The position numbers and the translations under genes were made by a program. From the NCBI GenBank assembly GCA_963790995.1, contig CAWBQQ010000001.1, positions 2,007,268-2,071,267 on the forward strand: 64,000 nucleotides of DNA, read 5' to 3'. Below the pieces are notes generated by a model, which did not search any database, was not told the DNA's origin, and was given only the letters and a program-made list of their open reading frames with translations. The stretch comes from an uncultured Bacteroidota bacterium. Its GTDB lineage: Bacteria; Bacteroidota; Ignavibacteria; Kryptoniales; JAKASW01. Of the stretch, positions 18,542-28,205 are shown one piece after another (the stretch's first letter is position 1; each line of letters begins with the position of its first letter).

Positions 18542-20806
18542 CTATTCCTTTACGGGCGACTCGCGCTGGATCGGGACTTTCATTCTCTTTGCTCGTGCGG
18601 CCATTATGATTTGCTGGCTGTCCGGAGTTTCTTCTCCATTCAAAGGTACGACGCGTCTGTACGTGCCGTCCGGCTGAAGCTCCCGCGCGCGGCTGTTGTC
18701 CTCAAGAGCGGTGTCGAGCACTTCATTCTTAATTGCTTCGATCATGCTTGAGTCTTCAATCGGAAACATGAGCTCCACACGACGATAAAGATTTCGGCTC
18801 ATCAGGTCTGCGCTGCTTAAATAAAGCTCCGGATCGCCGGCGTTTTCAAAATAGAAGATTCGGCTGTGCTCAAGGTAACGCCCCACGATGCTGACGACAC
18901 GAACGTTCTCGCTGATGCCTTTCAGCCCAGGCTTGAGAGAACATATTCCTCGCACGATAAGGTCGGTTTTTACCCCCGCCTTGGATGCTTCATAGAGTTT
19001 CTCAATCATGTGAACCTCCGTAAGAGCATTCATTTTCATTATGATATGGCTTGGTTTTCCTCCGCGTGCATGTCCGATCTCGCGATTTATCAAACCATTT
19101 AGCTTCTCGGCAAGTGTGACCGGCGCAACTGCCAATTTCCTGTATTTTTCCCTTTGTGAGTATCCAGTGAGGTAATTGAAAACCTCCGTGACGTCTTCCG
19201 CAATGTCCTGTCTGCACGTGAAGTAGCTTAGGTCCGTGTAAATCTGCGCGGTGATCATGTTGTAATTGCCTGTACTGAGATGAACGTAGCGTTTAAGGCC
19301 ATCGTGTTCCTTCCTTACCACAAGCGCCATCTTAGCGTGGGTCTTGAGGCCGACGAGACCGTAAACAACGTGCACTCCGGCGCGTTCCAATTGTTTTGCC
19401 CAGCCTATGTTGTTTTCTTCGTCGAACCGGGCTTTAAGCTCGACAAGCACAGCAACTTGTTTCCCATTCTCCGCCGCCTCAATGAAAAGCTGGATCAATG
19501 GTGACTCTTTGCCGATGCGATAAAGAGTTTGCTTTATCGCAAGAACATTCGGATCCTTCACTGCGGCCTCGATGAACTGGACGACGGGGTTGAACGAATC
19601 GTAAGGAGGATGAAGCAAAATATCATGGCGGCTGATGGCGGTGAAAATATCTTCGCCATCCTCGTCGAGCAGAAGCGGTGCAGGATGGTACGGCGGATCT
19701 TTCAAATCGGCACGGGGAAGTGCGAGCAACGCCATCAGATGGCTGAGTCCTAACGGCGGGCTCAATTCGTACACACCGTCCGGCAGTACTTCAAGATTTT
19801 CTATGAGGATATCTTTTATGCGGGCAGGGGTGTTGTTCTGTACCGCGACGCGGACCACCGACCCAAACCTTCGCATTCGAACAGATTCTTCGATTGAGTA
19901 AATAAGATCCTCAGCTTCGTCTTCTTGAATCTCCATGTCGGCGTTTCGAGTAACGCGGAAGATATACGACTCCTTCACAGTCATTCCCGGAAAAAGCAGC
20001 GGAAGATTCTCGGCGATGAGGTCTTCAAGCCACACAAATCGAACGGAGGCGGACCTATCGTCAGGAATACGCACCAGACGCGAGATAACATCCGGCACTT
20101 TCACGCGGGCGAATCTCTCTTCACCTTGCGGCGTACAAATAACTGCCGCAATATTCAGACTGAGGTTAGAAATATACGGGAAGGGATGACCGGGATCGAA
20201 CGCAAGCGGGGTCAGAACGGGAAATATCTCGCGTGCAAACAGCTCGGCCAATTTTGCGCGGTCTTCTGACTTGAGCTCGATCATTTTCAGCAGGTGTATT
20301 CCGGCTTCGGCAAGTGCCGGATGCAGGTCTTGCCAAAAGCAATGGCTCATCTCTTTTACCATTCTTGACGCCCGTTCTTTGATGGCACGAAGCTGCTGTA
20401 TCGGCGTCATTCCATCCGGTGATGGTTCGGCGACGTCGGCGCGAACTTGTTCTTGTATTCCCGCAACCCGGATCATAAAGAATTCATCGAGGTTGGAGCT
20501 GACAATGGAGAGAAATTTCACTCGTTCGAGCAGCGGGTGCCGGTGATCGCGTGCCTCCTCAAGGACGCGCTGGTTGAACTCCAACCAACCCAGCTCCCGG
20601 TTGATGTATAACGACGGATCGAGTGTCGGACGGGTTTGAGACGGTCCATGATTGGATTTCCGTTGGTGATCTCCGGATAATTTCCTGTTGCGCTGCTGTT
20701 TGCGCGGCCGGGGAGTTATTCCTCTTGTGATCTGCGGCAATTGTTTGCTGTCCGTTGTGGTACTCTTTTCCACCTTATCCTTATCGTTGTCAGGTGATAA
20801 TAACAT
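18542..20806 (-). CDS. ppk1: Polyphosphate kinase 1
   Basis: YINRELGWLEFNQRVL, NLDEFFMIRVAG, KQTLYR, ELKARFDEENN, KTHAK, STGNYN, LEHSRI. Confidence 0.99.
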   Translation of the reverse strand: MLLSPDNDKDKVEKSTTTDSKQLPQITRGITPRPRKQQRNRKLSGDHQRKSNHGPSQTRPTLDPSLYINRELGWLEFNQRVLEEARDHRHPLLERVKFLSIVSSNLDEFFMIRVAGIQEQVRADVAEPSPDGMTPIQQLRAIKERASRMVKEMSHCFWQDLHPALAEAGIHLLKMIELKSEDRAKLAELFAREIFPVLTPLAFDPGHPFPYISNLSLNIAAVICTPQGEERFARVKVPDVISRLVRIPDDRSASVRFVWLEDLIAENLPLLFPGMTVKESYIFRVTRNADMEIQEDEAEDLIYSIEESVRMRRFGSVVRVAVQNNTPARIKDILIENLEVLPDGVYELSPPLGLSHLMALLALPRADLKDPPYHPAPLLLDEDGEDIFTAISRHDILLHPPYDSFNPVVQFIEAAVKDPNVLAIKQTLYRIGKESPLIQLFIEAAENGKQVAVLVELKARFDEENNIGWAKQLERAGVHVVYGLVGLKTHAKMALVVRKEHDGLKRYVHLSTGNYNMITAQIYTDLSYFTCRQDIAEDVTEVFNYLTGYSQREKYRKLAVAPVTLAEKLNGLINREIGHARGGKPSHIIMKMNALTEVHMIEKLYEASKAGVKTDLIVRGICSLKPGLKGISENVRVVSIVGRYLEHSRIFYFENAGDPELYLSSADLMSRNLYRRVELMFPIEDSSMIEAIKNEVLDTALEDNSRARELQPDGTYRRVVPLNGEETPDSQQIIMAARAKRMKVPIQRESPVKE

Positions 20807-20923
20807 TTAACTTTTCGTTCGTCCTCAATGACATATAAGAAACTGCTCCCGTTTTATCAATGCCAAAATAGACAAATCGTTAAAAACCGGAGCAATGTGT
20901 GAGCGGCCGGCTATTTCCAATTC

Positions 20924-21421
20924 TTATCCGTCGCGTAATATCTGGCGTGGACCCATAAGCCATTCAAGTGTCGCACACCTGCCAAGCCGCAGCGCCTCGA
21001 CCGTGAGTTTGCAGAGTCCGCCTTTTTTCATCACAATTTCGAGGCCATCGTGCCCCGAAATGAGGACTGAGACCAGATCACTGAGGTGAGGCTCGTGTCC
21101 GACCAGCAAGATGCTTCGGCTGTTCTCGGATTGTATTTCTTTTACGAGCATTGAAGGGTCGCCACCCACCGCGAGGTTTGCCGAGAAGCGCAGCGCTCTA
21201 TCGAGACCGAAGGCATCGGCGACTATTTCTGCAGTTTGCTTCGCGCGGATGAACGGGCTGGAAAGAATTAAATCGATCGACATGTCGAGGCCTTTCATGG
21301 CCTTTGCGATGTTTCGCATTTTCTGGACGCCTGCTGTCGTTAATGGTCGATCAGCGTCTCGAGGAAATGCTGCATCTCCTTTTTCAGCTGCGATACCGTG
21401 CCTTAATAAATAAAGTTCCAT
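20924..21421 (-). CDS. sixA: Phosphohistidine phosphatase SixA
   Basis: LLRHG, RPLT, SSPFIRAKQTA, LVGHEP. Confidence 0.93.
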   Translation of the reverse strand: MELYLLRHGIAAEKGDAAFPRDADRPLTTAGVQKMRNIAKAMKGLDMSIDLILSSPFIRAKQTAEIVADAFGLDRALRFSANLAVGGDPSMLVKEIQSENSRSILLVGHEPHLSDLVSVLISGHDGLEIVMKKGGLCKLTVEALRLGRCATLEWLMGPRQILRDG

Positions 21422-21444
21422 GATAAAATCTGCATCGTGTCACG

Positions 21445-22302
21445 TTATTGAATACGTACCCAGAATTGGTACAACTCGTCAATTGAAGCGACGAATCCAT
21501 TTACCCGGTCGTTTCGAAGATTAATTAGAAAATTACTGACCGGGATAAACTGCTCTCGCTCTCGTTTCCCTATTCTGATTATGTACCTGTCCAAACCGGC
21601 AATAAGTACATCTGTATCCTGGATGTCACCCATTCGCAATTGAAATCGGCTCATAGCCCGCATCTTTTCGTCTGTAATATGCGGAAAGATTGGCCGCAAA
21701 GCCTCCACCATATACCTAAAGTGCTTAAACACGATTCGAAGCTCGTGAATAAGTTCGTCGCCTTCTCTGTCTTCGCGGAGAATTTCTTCCCGTAAGTGCA
21801 ATGCTTGTTCGAATGTTCTTGAGACCTCAGCGCGCACTATTGACAGCGCTATCTCCAGCATCAGCTTTTCCCGGAAAAGATGAGAAAGATTATCTTTGAG
21901 CGCTTGCAAATTTCTGCCGATTGCGTTTGTATCGATTCGATCTATTTCTCGCCGCGCGCGCTTCATCGCCAGTTTTTCTTCTGTCTTGAGAACCGCCAGA
22001 AAGTTCAACATGAAAGGAAAATCTTTCGCCAGCCTTCGGGTTAACAATATTTGTACCTGAATGTCTCTCAACGTGCTGAGAGACTTGAGATGACCTTTGA
22101 GTTCTTTGATTACTTTCGGTCGGCTGTTTTTTATGACGATCGGTTTTGTCATCTCGAGAAAAGCAATCAACCGTCTGATGGCGACCCTCAGGTCGTGAAT
22201 GGCTCTTCCCGTCGGGCGTTCACGGGACTTTAGCGCTTGCTCGGCCAAGATGTTCCATCGTGCGTCCAGCGAGCTGATTAAGTGTGAGCGGACGTTGGGC
22301 AT
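21445..22302 (-). CDS. CHAD-domain (polyphosphate-binding) protein
   Basis: IHDLRVAIRRL, LRDIQV, IHELRIVFKHFRY, GDIQDTDV; in the ppx/sixA/ppk locus; start uncertain. Confidence 0.88.
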   Translation of the reverse strand: MPNVRSHLISSLDARWNILAEQALKSRERPTGRAIHDLRVAIRRLIAFLEMTKPIVIKNSRPKVIKELKGHLKSLSTLRDIQVQILLTRRLAKDFPFMLNFLAVLKTEEKLAMKRARREIDRIDTNAIGRNLQALKDNLSHLFREKLMLEIALSIVRAEVSRTFEQALHLREEILREDREGDELIHELRIVFKHFRYMVEALRPIFPHITDEKMRAMSRFQLRMGDIQDTDVLIAGLDRYIIRIGKREREQFIPVSNFLINLRNDRVNGFVASIDELYQFWVRIQ

Positions 22303-22348
22303 CGGTTGAATTTCTTCTTGACTAACGACCGGCTTATCCGCAGAGATA

Positions 22349-23863
22349 TCAGTCTTCAACACTGACCTTGACGCTGAAAACATCTTCGAACATCTCCGAT
22401 TTTCTCATAAACGCCCACTTCTCAAGAAGAAGGTCACCTTCTCCTTCAAGCCGAATAATCAATCTGGGTTTCTTATATTCTGCGGAGAAAGTCTTGACCT
22501 TCGAGGCGTGCTCGTTGTCCATCGCATCTGCCAATCTCAAGATCGCGGTGAGCTTGGAAACCAGGACGCGATCTTTCGGTGATAAGAGCCGGTACGGTTC
22601 ATGCTGCAATTTTGGGAATGATTTTCGGTGATACCTTGCAACATTGGCCACAACGTCCATTTGTGTCCTGCTCAGTCCGATAACGGGCGTAGCGGTCAAC
22701 AGGTATTGACTGTGCTTGTGGTGTGCAGTCATGCTGATATAGCTTCCGATATCGTGGAGCAGGGCGGCAACTTCAAGAAGCAGCCTGTGGTCAAGAGTAA
22801 GATTGTGAATATTCTTTGTTTGGTCGAACAGTTGCACCGCATACCTTGCAACGCTTGTGGCATGTTGTTCATCGAAAAAATATTTTCGCCCGATTTGGAT
22901 TGCCGACAAAAGCACCTGGTCCCGGTTTGCATGTTTCCGCTCGCCGTAAAGTTCAAGACCCATGTCGATTATTAGGCCGTCTTTCAATCCGACCTTAGGG
23001 ATCTCTACTTCGTCGATTCCCGCAATCTTGACGATTTCCTGAAGGATGATTGAAGCCGGGACAATTACGTCTGCCCTGTCTGGACGCAATCGAAGCTGCT
23101 GCACTCTTTCTTCGAATGTCAATGACAGGAGTTTCTTAACGATGGCGTCCAGCTCACTCGAGCCGATCGCCGAATCCCGATCTTTCAGCAGGATTTCCTT
23201 GCGCAGTACGGCGAGGGCATCGATGTTTCCGCCGGTGCCGATGCAGAGGTCGATTTTCTTGCCGTTCATCTCTCTTTTGAGACGGCGTTGCGTAGCGTCA
23301 ACGTACTCACGCACGAGTGTATTGAATTTCTTTTCGCCGTATTTTTTTTCCTCAAGCATCTGAAGAAGTCGAACAGAGCCCAGCCGGAAGCTTTCGGTGG
23401 AGACTATGTTTCCGTTGACCGTGAAAGTAATTTCAGTGCTGCCGCCGCCGATATCGACAAGCATTGCGGTTTTGTTCTTAAGATTTATCTTCTCTGCAAC
23501 TGCAAGGTGGACCAGCCGGGCTTCTTCTTCGGCGCCGATGATGGTGATGTCTATTCCGGATACCTGGGCGATCCTGTCTATGAAAGTGTCGCGATTCATC
23601 GCTTCACGAAGCGCGCTCGTTGCAACCGCTCTTGTCAGCGTAACACCGTTTCTGTCGATGGTATCTTTAAAGCGGCGAAAGGCCTCGGATGCCTGCTCCA
23701 TGACCTCGTCGGATATGGCCCGCTTGGTGAACACATCGTGACCTAAACGGACCGGTTCTCGAAGGTTGTCGATAATAGTGATCTTTTGGTCGTTGTCGAC
23801 CCGGCCAATCGAAAGCCTTATGGCATTTGACCCGACGTTTATTGCGCTAAGTGTTGTAGGCAT
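22349..23863 (-). CDS. ppx: Ppx/GppA exopolyphosphatase with HD domain
   Basis: INVGSNAIRL, ATSALREA, EEARL, DIGGGSTE, GLKDG, LLHDIG. Confidence 0.96.
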   Translation of the reverse strand: MPTTLSAINVGSNAIRLSIGRVDNDQKITIIDNLREPVRLGHDVFTKRAISDEVMEQASEAFRRFKDTIDRNGVTLTRAVATSALREAMNRDTFIDRIAQVSGIDITIIGAEEEARLVHLAVAEKINLKNKTAMLVDIGGGSTEITFTVNGNIVSTESFRLGSVRLLQMLEEKKYGEKKFNTLVREYVDATQRRLKREMNGKKIDLCIGTGGNIDALAVLRKEILLKDRDSAIGSSELDAIVKKLLSLTFEERVQQLRLRPDRADVIVPASIILQEIVKIAGIDEVEIPKVGLKDGLIIDMGLELYGERKHANRDQVLLSAIQIGRKYFFDEQHATSVARYAVQLFDQTKNIHNLTLDHRLLLEVAALLHDIGSYISMTAHHKHSQYLLTATPVIGLSRTQMDVVANVARYHRKSFPKLQHEPYRLLSPKDRVLVSKLTAILRLADAMDNEHASKVKTFSAEYKKPRLIIRLEGEGDLLLEKWAFMRKSEMFEDVFSVKVSVED

Positions 23864-23984
23864 TGTAGCAAAAATTAATTCGAGTTGCGGACATTATCAA
23901 TTGAGAGTTATGACGCCCCGCGAACACGGTCTCGTGCAAGCGATTGTTGCTTCTGGTCATATGATGTATCTTGTTCGCCGTGTT

Positions 23985-25178
23985 TTATCTTGTCAATACG
24001 TCAAGTCGTTCACGGGCTTGTTTGGCAAGTTCGGCGACTGTCCCGGAGTTTATAACCCATTCATATTCTCTTACTGCGTCCTGGGGATCGTTCGCTCGCT
24101 CATAAAGTTTGCCGACCGAGAAATGCGCACGGGCAGCCAAATCCGGCACAACGTGCCTGTCTATCATTCCATTGAGCGCTTGCATAGCTTCACTATAGTT
24201 GCCCGTCTTTTCGCAGCAATCAGCTAACCGGAAATATGTTTTTGCAAGATATAGAGAATCTATCTGTGTCAGCCGATGAGTGTACGATGCCTTTATTGCT
24301 TCCCTGCACACCATGGCACAGCGCTCATATTCTTTATGGTCTTCGAGTGACCATGATAATTTGTCGAAGTAGAAAAGAAATGCATCGGGAAATAGCGACA
24401 TTAAATGGTGGTAAATAGCAGCGGCAGAATCGAATTTCTCCTCTCTTGCATACAGCTCACCGAGAATATCCGAGGCTTCGTATTTCGTAAATCTCCCTTT
24501 TTTGTCGGCAATGGTGAGATACTGGTATGCTTTGTCCGCCGACCCGCTTTCACCGAGAATGAAAAGAAGAGGTTTAAGGTACCACGCAAGCCCGCTCGCG
24601 TAATAATTGACCAGGGCAAGGCTGAAATAGACATCGCAAACCGTTGACGAGTTTTCACCGTGCAATCGGCACAAGTCGAGAAACTTTCTATGATATGACA
24701 ATCCCTTTTTGCCGTCTGAAGCGGCTTTGAACTCATCCCCCTTGGACGCATCATATTTTGCTAAATAACCAAGCGCGAAGCCGGTATAAAATAACGCCGT
24801 CGTGTCACTAGGATTACGGTTCAAAATCCTTTCGCCAATATCGATTGTTCGTGAGACTGAGCGTACGAAGTTTACTTCCACGCTTTTGCTGCTTGCACTT
24901 GCGCTGTCGAGAAAGACCAAATCATGCCACAAAATAACGGCCCGGAAAAAATTCCATCGCATCGGCCCACTGACATTATCTGTCGAGTCACCCAATAAAT
25001 TGAGTGCTTGATCAAAGTGACAGTTATAAGCGAGACAGATTACCGAATCTTCGTCCAGCGTGCTCACGGTCTTACCGTGAGCAGAATAGAAGTATCTTCC
25101 CGAAGCGACACTCGGCAGCAGGAGAGCCATCAATAAAAGCAGTTTCAATTGCGTCAAAATTAAGTATTCTTTGCTCAT
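23985..25178 (-). CDS. Exported TPR-repeat protein
   Basis: Signal-like N-terminus; TPR-type helical repeats (YFRLADCCEKTGNYSEA, HFSVGKLYE..DPQDA). Confidence 0.75.
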   Translation of the reverse strand: MSKEYLILTQLKLLLLMALLLPSVASGRYFYSAHGKTVSTLDEDSVICLAYNCHFDQALNLLGDSTDNVSGPMRWNFFRAVILWHDLVFLDSASASSKSVEVNFVRSVSRTIDIGERILNRNPSDTTALFYTGFALGYLAKYDASKGDEFKAASDGKKGLSYHRKFLDLCRLHGENSSTVCDVYFSLALVNYYASGLAWYLKPLLFILGESGSADKAYQYLTIADKKGRFTKYEASDILGELYAREEKFDSAAAIYHHLMSLFPDAFLFYFDKLSWSLEDHKEYERCAMVCREAIKASYTHRLTQIDSLYLAKTYFRLADCCEKTGNYSEAMQALNGMIDRHVVPDLAARAHFSVGKLYERANDPQDAVREYEWVINSGTVAELAKQARERLDVLTR

Positions 25179-25191
25179 TTTCTATGCCCAT

Positions 25192-25237
25192 AAAAAACGG
25201 AGCCGCATCCTGAAAGCTATCAGAACGGCGGCCCCGC
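25192..25237 (-). terminator. Intrinsic terminator after pstS (25262-26308)
   Basis: Minus strand: GCGGGGCCGC/GCGGCTCCGT stem extended by GTTCTGA/TCAGGAT, followed by a T run. Confidence 0.8.
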
Positions 25238-25261
25238 ATCCTCTTGCCAAAAATGCTTTTA

Positions 25262-26308
25262 CTACTTTAAAATAGTATCTCCATTGTATTGCACTGTTTT
25301 GAGTTTTTCCACATCAAGCTTCTGAATATTATCCGGAAGTGGAGCATAATCGAGCGCAGTCGAGAATTTCTGCCCTTCGGTAACAGCCCACTTCATAAAC
25401 TCAAGCGTAGCTTTTCCTTTTTCCAGGTCTGTCTGGTTCTTATAGATTAACAGCCAGGTCGCACTGGAGATCGGGTACGAATCTTTTCCCGGGGCATTTG
25501 TGATTGAGAATCGTAAATCTTCCGGAAGCGTCTTTGCGGCGTTTGCCAGAGCTTCTGTGACTCCGGATATCGAGGGGTGAATGAACTCGCCGTCCGCATT
25601 CTTGAGATCCGCGTAAGCAATGTTGTTTTGAAGCGCGTAGATCAACTCAACATATCCAATTGCTCCCGGTGTGCGCGTGACCTGTCCCGCCACTCCTTCG
25701 TTGCCTTTGCCGCCGATGCCGACCGGCCAATTCAAACTGGTTGACTTTCCGACTTTGTCTTTCCACTCGGGACTTATCTTCGAGAGATAGTCGGAGAATA
25801 TATACGTCGTTCCGCTTCCGTCTGCGCGATGCACTACGATGATCTGTGCATTGGGAAGATCGACGTTGGGATTGAGCTGTTTTATGGTCTCATCGTTCCA
25901 CATCGTTATCTTGCCTGAGTAAATACTTGCGATTGTTTCTCCGTCGAATTTTAATGTCTCCGTCACGCCGGGTATGTTGTAAGCAATAACGACTGCGCCG
26001 AGAGTTTCGGGAACGTGAATTAGCGGCCCGTGTGCTGAATCCGCCAAGCGCATCTGCTCGTCTGTCAACGGGGCATCGCTTGCTCCCCAATTGACAGTCC
26101 CCGCGATCATTTGCTTAATTCCGCCGCCGCTTCCGATGGATTGATAGTTGACCTGAACGTCCGGTTTGAGATTATGATATTCATTGGACCACTTTGATAT
26201 TAACGGGTACGGAAAAGTCGCTCCGGCTCCGTTGATGATTGTTTGCGCGTACGTCATTGACATTGACACTGCAATTATCGCTAGTGTAGCCGCGACTCGT
26301 TTTAGCAT
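25262..26308 (-). CDS. pstS: Phosphate ABC transporter substrate-binding protein PstS (paralog A)
   Basis: Signal peptide; GAGATFP, YQSIGSGGG, GASDAP, RADGSGTT, GKGNEGV, YPIS. Confidence 0.97.
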   Translation of the reverse strand: MLKRVAATLAIIAVSMSMTYAQTIINGAGATFPYPLISKWSNEYHNLKPDVQVNYQSIGSGGGIKQMIAGTVNWGASDAPLTDEQMRLADSAHGPLIHVPETLGAVVIAYNIPGVTETLKFDGETIASIYSGKITMWNDETIKQLNPNVDLPNAQIIVVHRADGSGTTYIFSDYLSKISPEWKDKVGKSTSLNWPVGIGGKGNEGVAGQVTRTPGAIGYVELIYALQNNIAYADLKNADGEFIHPSISGVTEALANAAKTLPEDLRFSITNAPGKDSYPISSATWLLIYKNQTDLEKGKATLEFMKWAVTEGQKFSTALDYAPLPDNIQKLDVEKLKTVQYNGDTILK

Positions 26309-26426
26309 AAATTGTCTCCTACTGTTAGTGAAAGTTTAAGATATGAGGTACAATAGGCAAAGCCATTATTAAGATTAAAACGGCTCTGCTTGTGCCCTTA
26401 TGCACGCCTAAATTTAATGAATTGAT

Positions 26427-26475
26427 ATGAAGTGAAGTTTAAGTCTGCGTTAAAGACACGTAAATTTAGGTTGAA
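26427..26475 (-). promoter_or_regulatory. Pho-box-like array upstream of pstS A
   Basis: Plus-strand pentamers ATGAA/TTTAA/GTTAA/GTAAA/TTGAA start at 26427, 26438, 26449, 26460 and 26471 (exact 11-bp period). Confidence 0.6.
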
Positions 26476-26689
26476 AAACGAAGTCGATTTGTTTAGAAGT
26501 GGTAATTTCCCCTGCACGAGTCGAATATCATTTAATTTTAACGAACCTGATGAGAAGCCGAAACGATCTGAGTCGTCAAAAGAAAATCATTACCGTAACA
26601 GAGACAAGCTTAACATACGGCATAGAAATGTACACATACTTCTTTGTGCAACGCAGGAGGCAATTGCAGCACGAAATCTAAATGGGACC

Positions 26690-26887
26690 CTATCCTATCT
26701 TGTTGATTCTTGCTTCGGAAATCTTCCGGTTCATTTCCCTTGACGTGCTGAAGTTTTGCAACTCTCTGACTTTTTGCTCGGCAGCTGCGAAGTCCGACTG
26801 AGTCAGGCCTTGTTTATGAAAATGGTATCTTTCCCAATTGTTGAATATTAACTGGTGCAGTTCTTCAAGGGCTTCGTCGTATGTCAT
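26690..26887 (-). CDS. Small hypothetical protein (65 aa)
   Basis: GAGGAG RBS 7 nt before ATG; helical amphipathic composition; co-oriented between the two pstS genes. Confidence 0.65.
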   Translation of the reverse strand: MTYDEALEELHQLIFNNWERYHFHKQGLTQSDFAAAEQKVRELQNFSTSREMNRKISEARINKIG

Positions 26888-26964
26888 CGCGTGTCTCCTC
26901 TCTCTTGCTCTCTATCACAACCAGTAACTCAATTTGAAAGTTCCCATTTTTAAGTCAGTCTGCC

Positions 26965-27006
26965 AAAAAAAACGGAGTCCATCCCTGATTTGCGGACGGA
27001 CCCCGC
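26965..27006 (-). terminator. Intrinsic terminator after pstS (27039-28082)
   Basis: Minus strand: 13-bp stem GCGGGGTCCGTCC/GGATGGACTCCGT followed by a T run. Confidence 0.85.
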
Positions 27007-27038
27007 ATCCTCTTGCCCAAAATCTGCAAGCAGTGTGC

Positions 27039-28082
27039 TTACATTAAGCTCTTGCCTTGATAGTTTACCTTGCCCAGAAGTTTCAGCTCCATCTCCTGAA
27101 TTGGCTTGGGTATCGGGGCATAGTCCAGGGCAGGTTCCATATCTTGGCCTTTTGTAAGTACCCAGTGAAGAAACTGAACTGTCTCCTTGGCGATGTTGTA
27201 GTCGGTCTGGTTGACATACACGATAAGCCATGTCGCGCTGGAAATTGGGTAGGAAGACTTTCCGGGAGCATTCGTGATGGAGAACCTAAGATCCGCGGGG
27301 ACAATCTTTGCCGCGTTCGCTGCCGCATCGCTGACGCTTTTTATTGTCGGATGGATAAATTCACCGTCGGCGTTCTTCATGGAACCGTAAGCAATGTGGT
27401 TCTGAAGAGCGTAGATCAATGTAATGTATCCGATTGAGTAAGGCGTTTGCTCAAGCTGTCCGGACACTCCTTCATTACCCTTTGCGCCGAGACCCACAGG
27501 CCAGTTCACGCTCGTTCCTTTGCCGACTTTGTCGTTCCACTCCTTGGAAACCTTGCAAAGGTAATCAACGAAGATGTATGTGTCGCCGCTGCCGTCAGCG
27601 CGGTGCACAACGATAATTTCATGGTCGGGGAGATTCACACCGGGATTGAGCTTCTTGAGCACCGGGTCGTTCCACTTTGCAATATTGCCCAGGAAAATAT
27701 TTGCAAGAGCTTCGCCTGTGAATTTCAGCGTTGCCTTGACGCCGGGTATATCATACGAGACCGCTACGGCACCCATTGCTTCAGGAAGGTGAACTACCGC
27801 GCCGTGGGCTTTTTCGCACGCGGCAATCTGCTCGTCATTTAGCGGGGCATCGCTGGCGCCAATTTCAACGGTACCGGAAGTCAGTTGATTGATTCCGCCG
27901 CCGCTTCCGATCGACTGATAGTTTAACTCCACATTAGGGTGCATCTTGTGGTAAGTGTCGGACCACTTTGTAAACATCGGATAAATGAACGTCGATCCTG
28001 CACCGTTAATTATCGTTTGCGCATGTAGAACGGCGGTCGAGACAAAAACTGCCGCCACCACTACTAGTACTTTTCTTAGCAT
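27039..28082 (-). CDS. pstS: Phosphate ABC transporter substrate-binding protein PstS (paralog B)
   Basis: Signal peptide; GAGSTFIYP, YQSIGSGGG, GASDAP, RADGSGDT, AKGNEGV. Confidence 0.97.
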   Translation of the reverse strand: MLRKVLVVVAAVFVSTAVLHAQTIINGAGSTFIYPMFTKWSDTYHKMHPNVELNYQSIGSGGGINQLTSGTVEIGASDAPLNDEQIAACEKAHGAVVHLPEAMGAVAVSYDIPGVKATLKFTGEALANIFLGNIAKWNDPVLKKLNPGVNLPDHEIIVVHRADGSGDTYIFVDYLCKVSKEWNDKVGKGTSVNWPVGLGAKGNEGVSGQLEQTPYSIGYITLIYALQNHIAYGSMKNADGEFIHPTIKSVSDAAANAAKIVPADLRFSITNAPGKSSYPISSATWLIVYVNQTDYNIAKETVQFLHWVLTKGQDMEPALDYAPIPKPIQEMELKLLGKVNYQGKSLM

Positions 28083-28205
28083 CTCTTAACTCCTCATTTA
28101 TTTTGTTTATTGGAACTGGCACTTCTGTTCGGGGCGGCGGGATATGCAACCGGCAATTTTTCAATGCGGCATCAAACCCCGCCGGTAGAAATTTTCAACT
28201 CGTCT

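Noticed and set aside
26432-26743. 103-aa plus-strand ORF between the pstS genes
   Set aside because: Overlaps the Pho-box-like array and the better-supported minus-strand ORF; AT-rich promoter-like sequence
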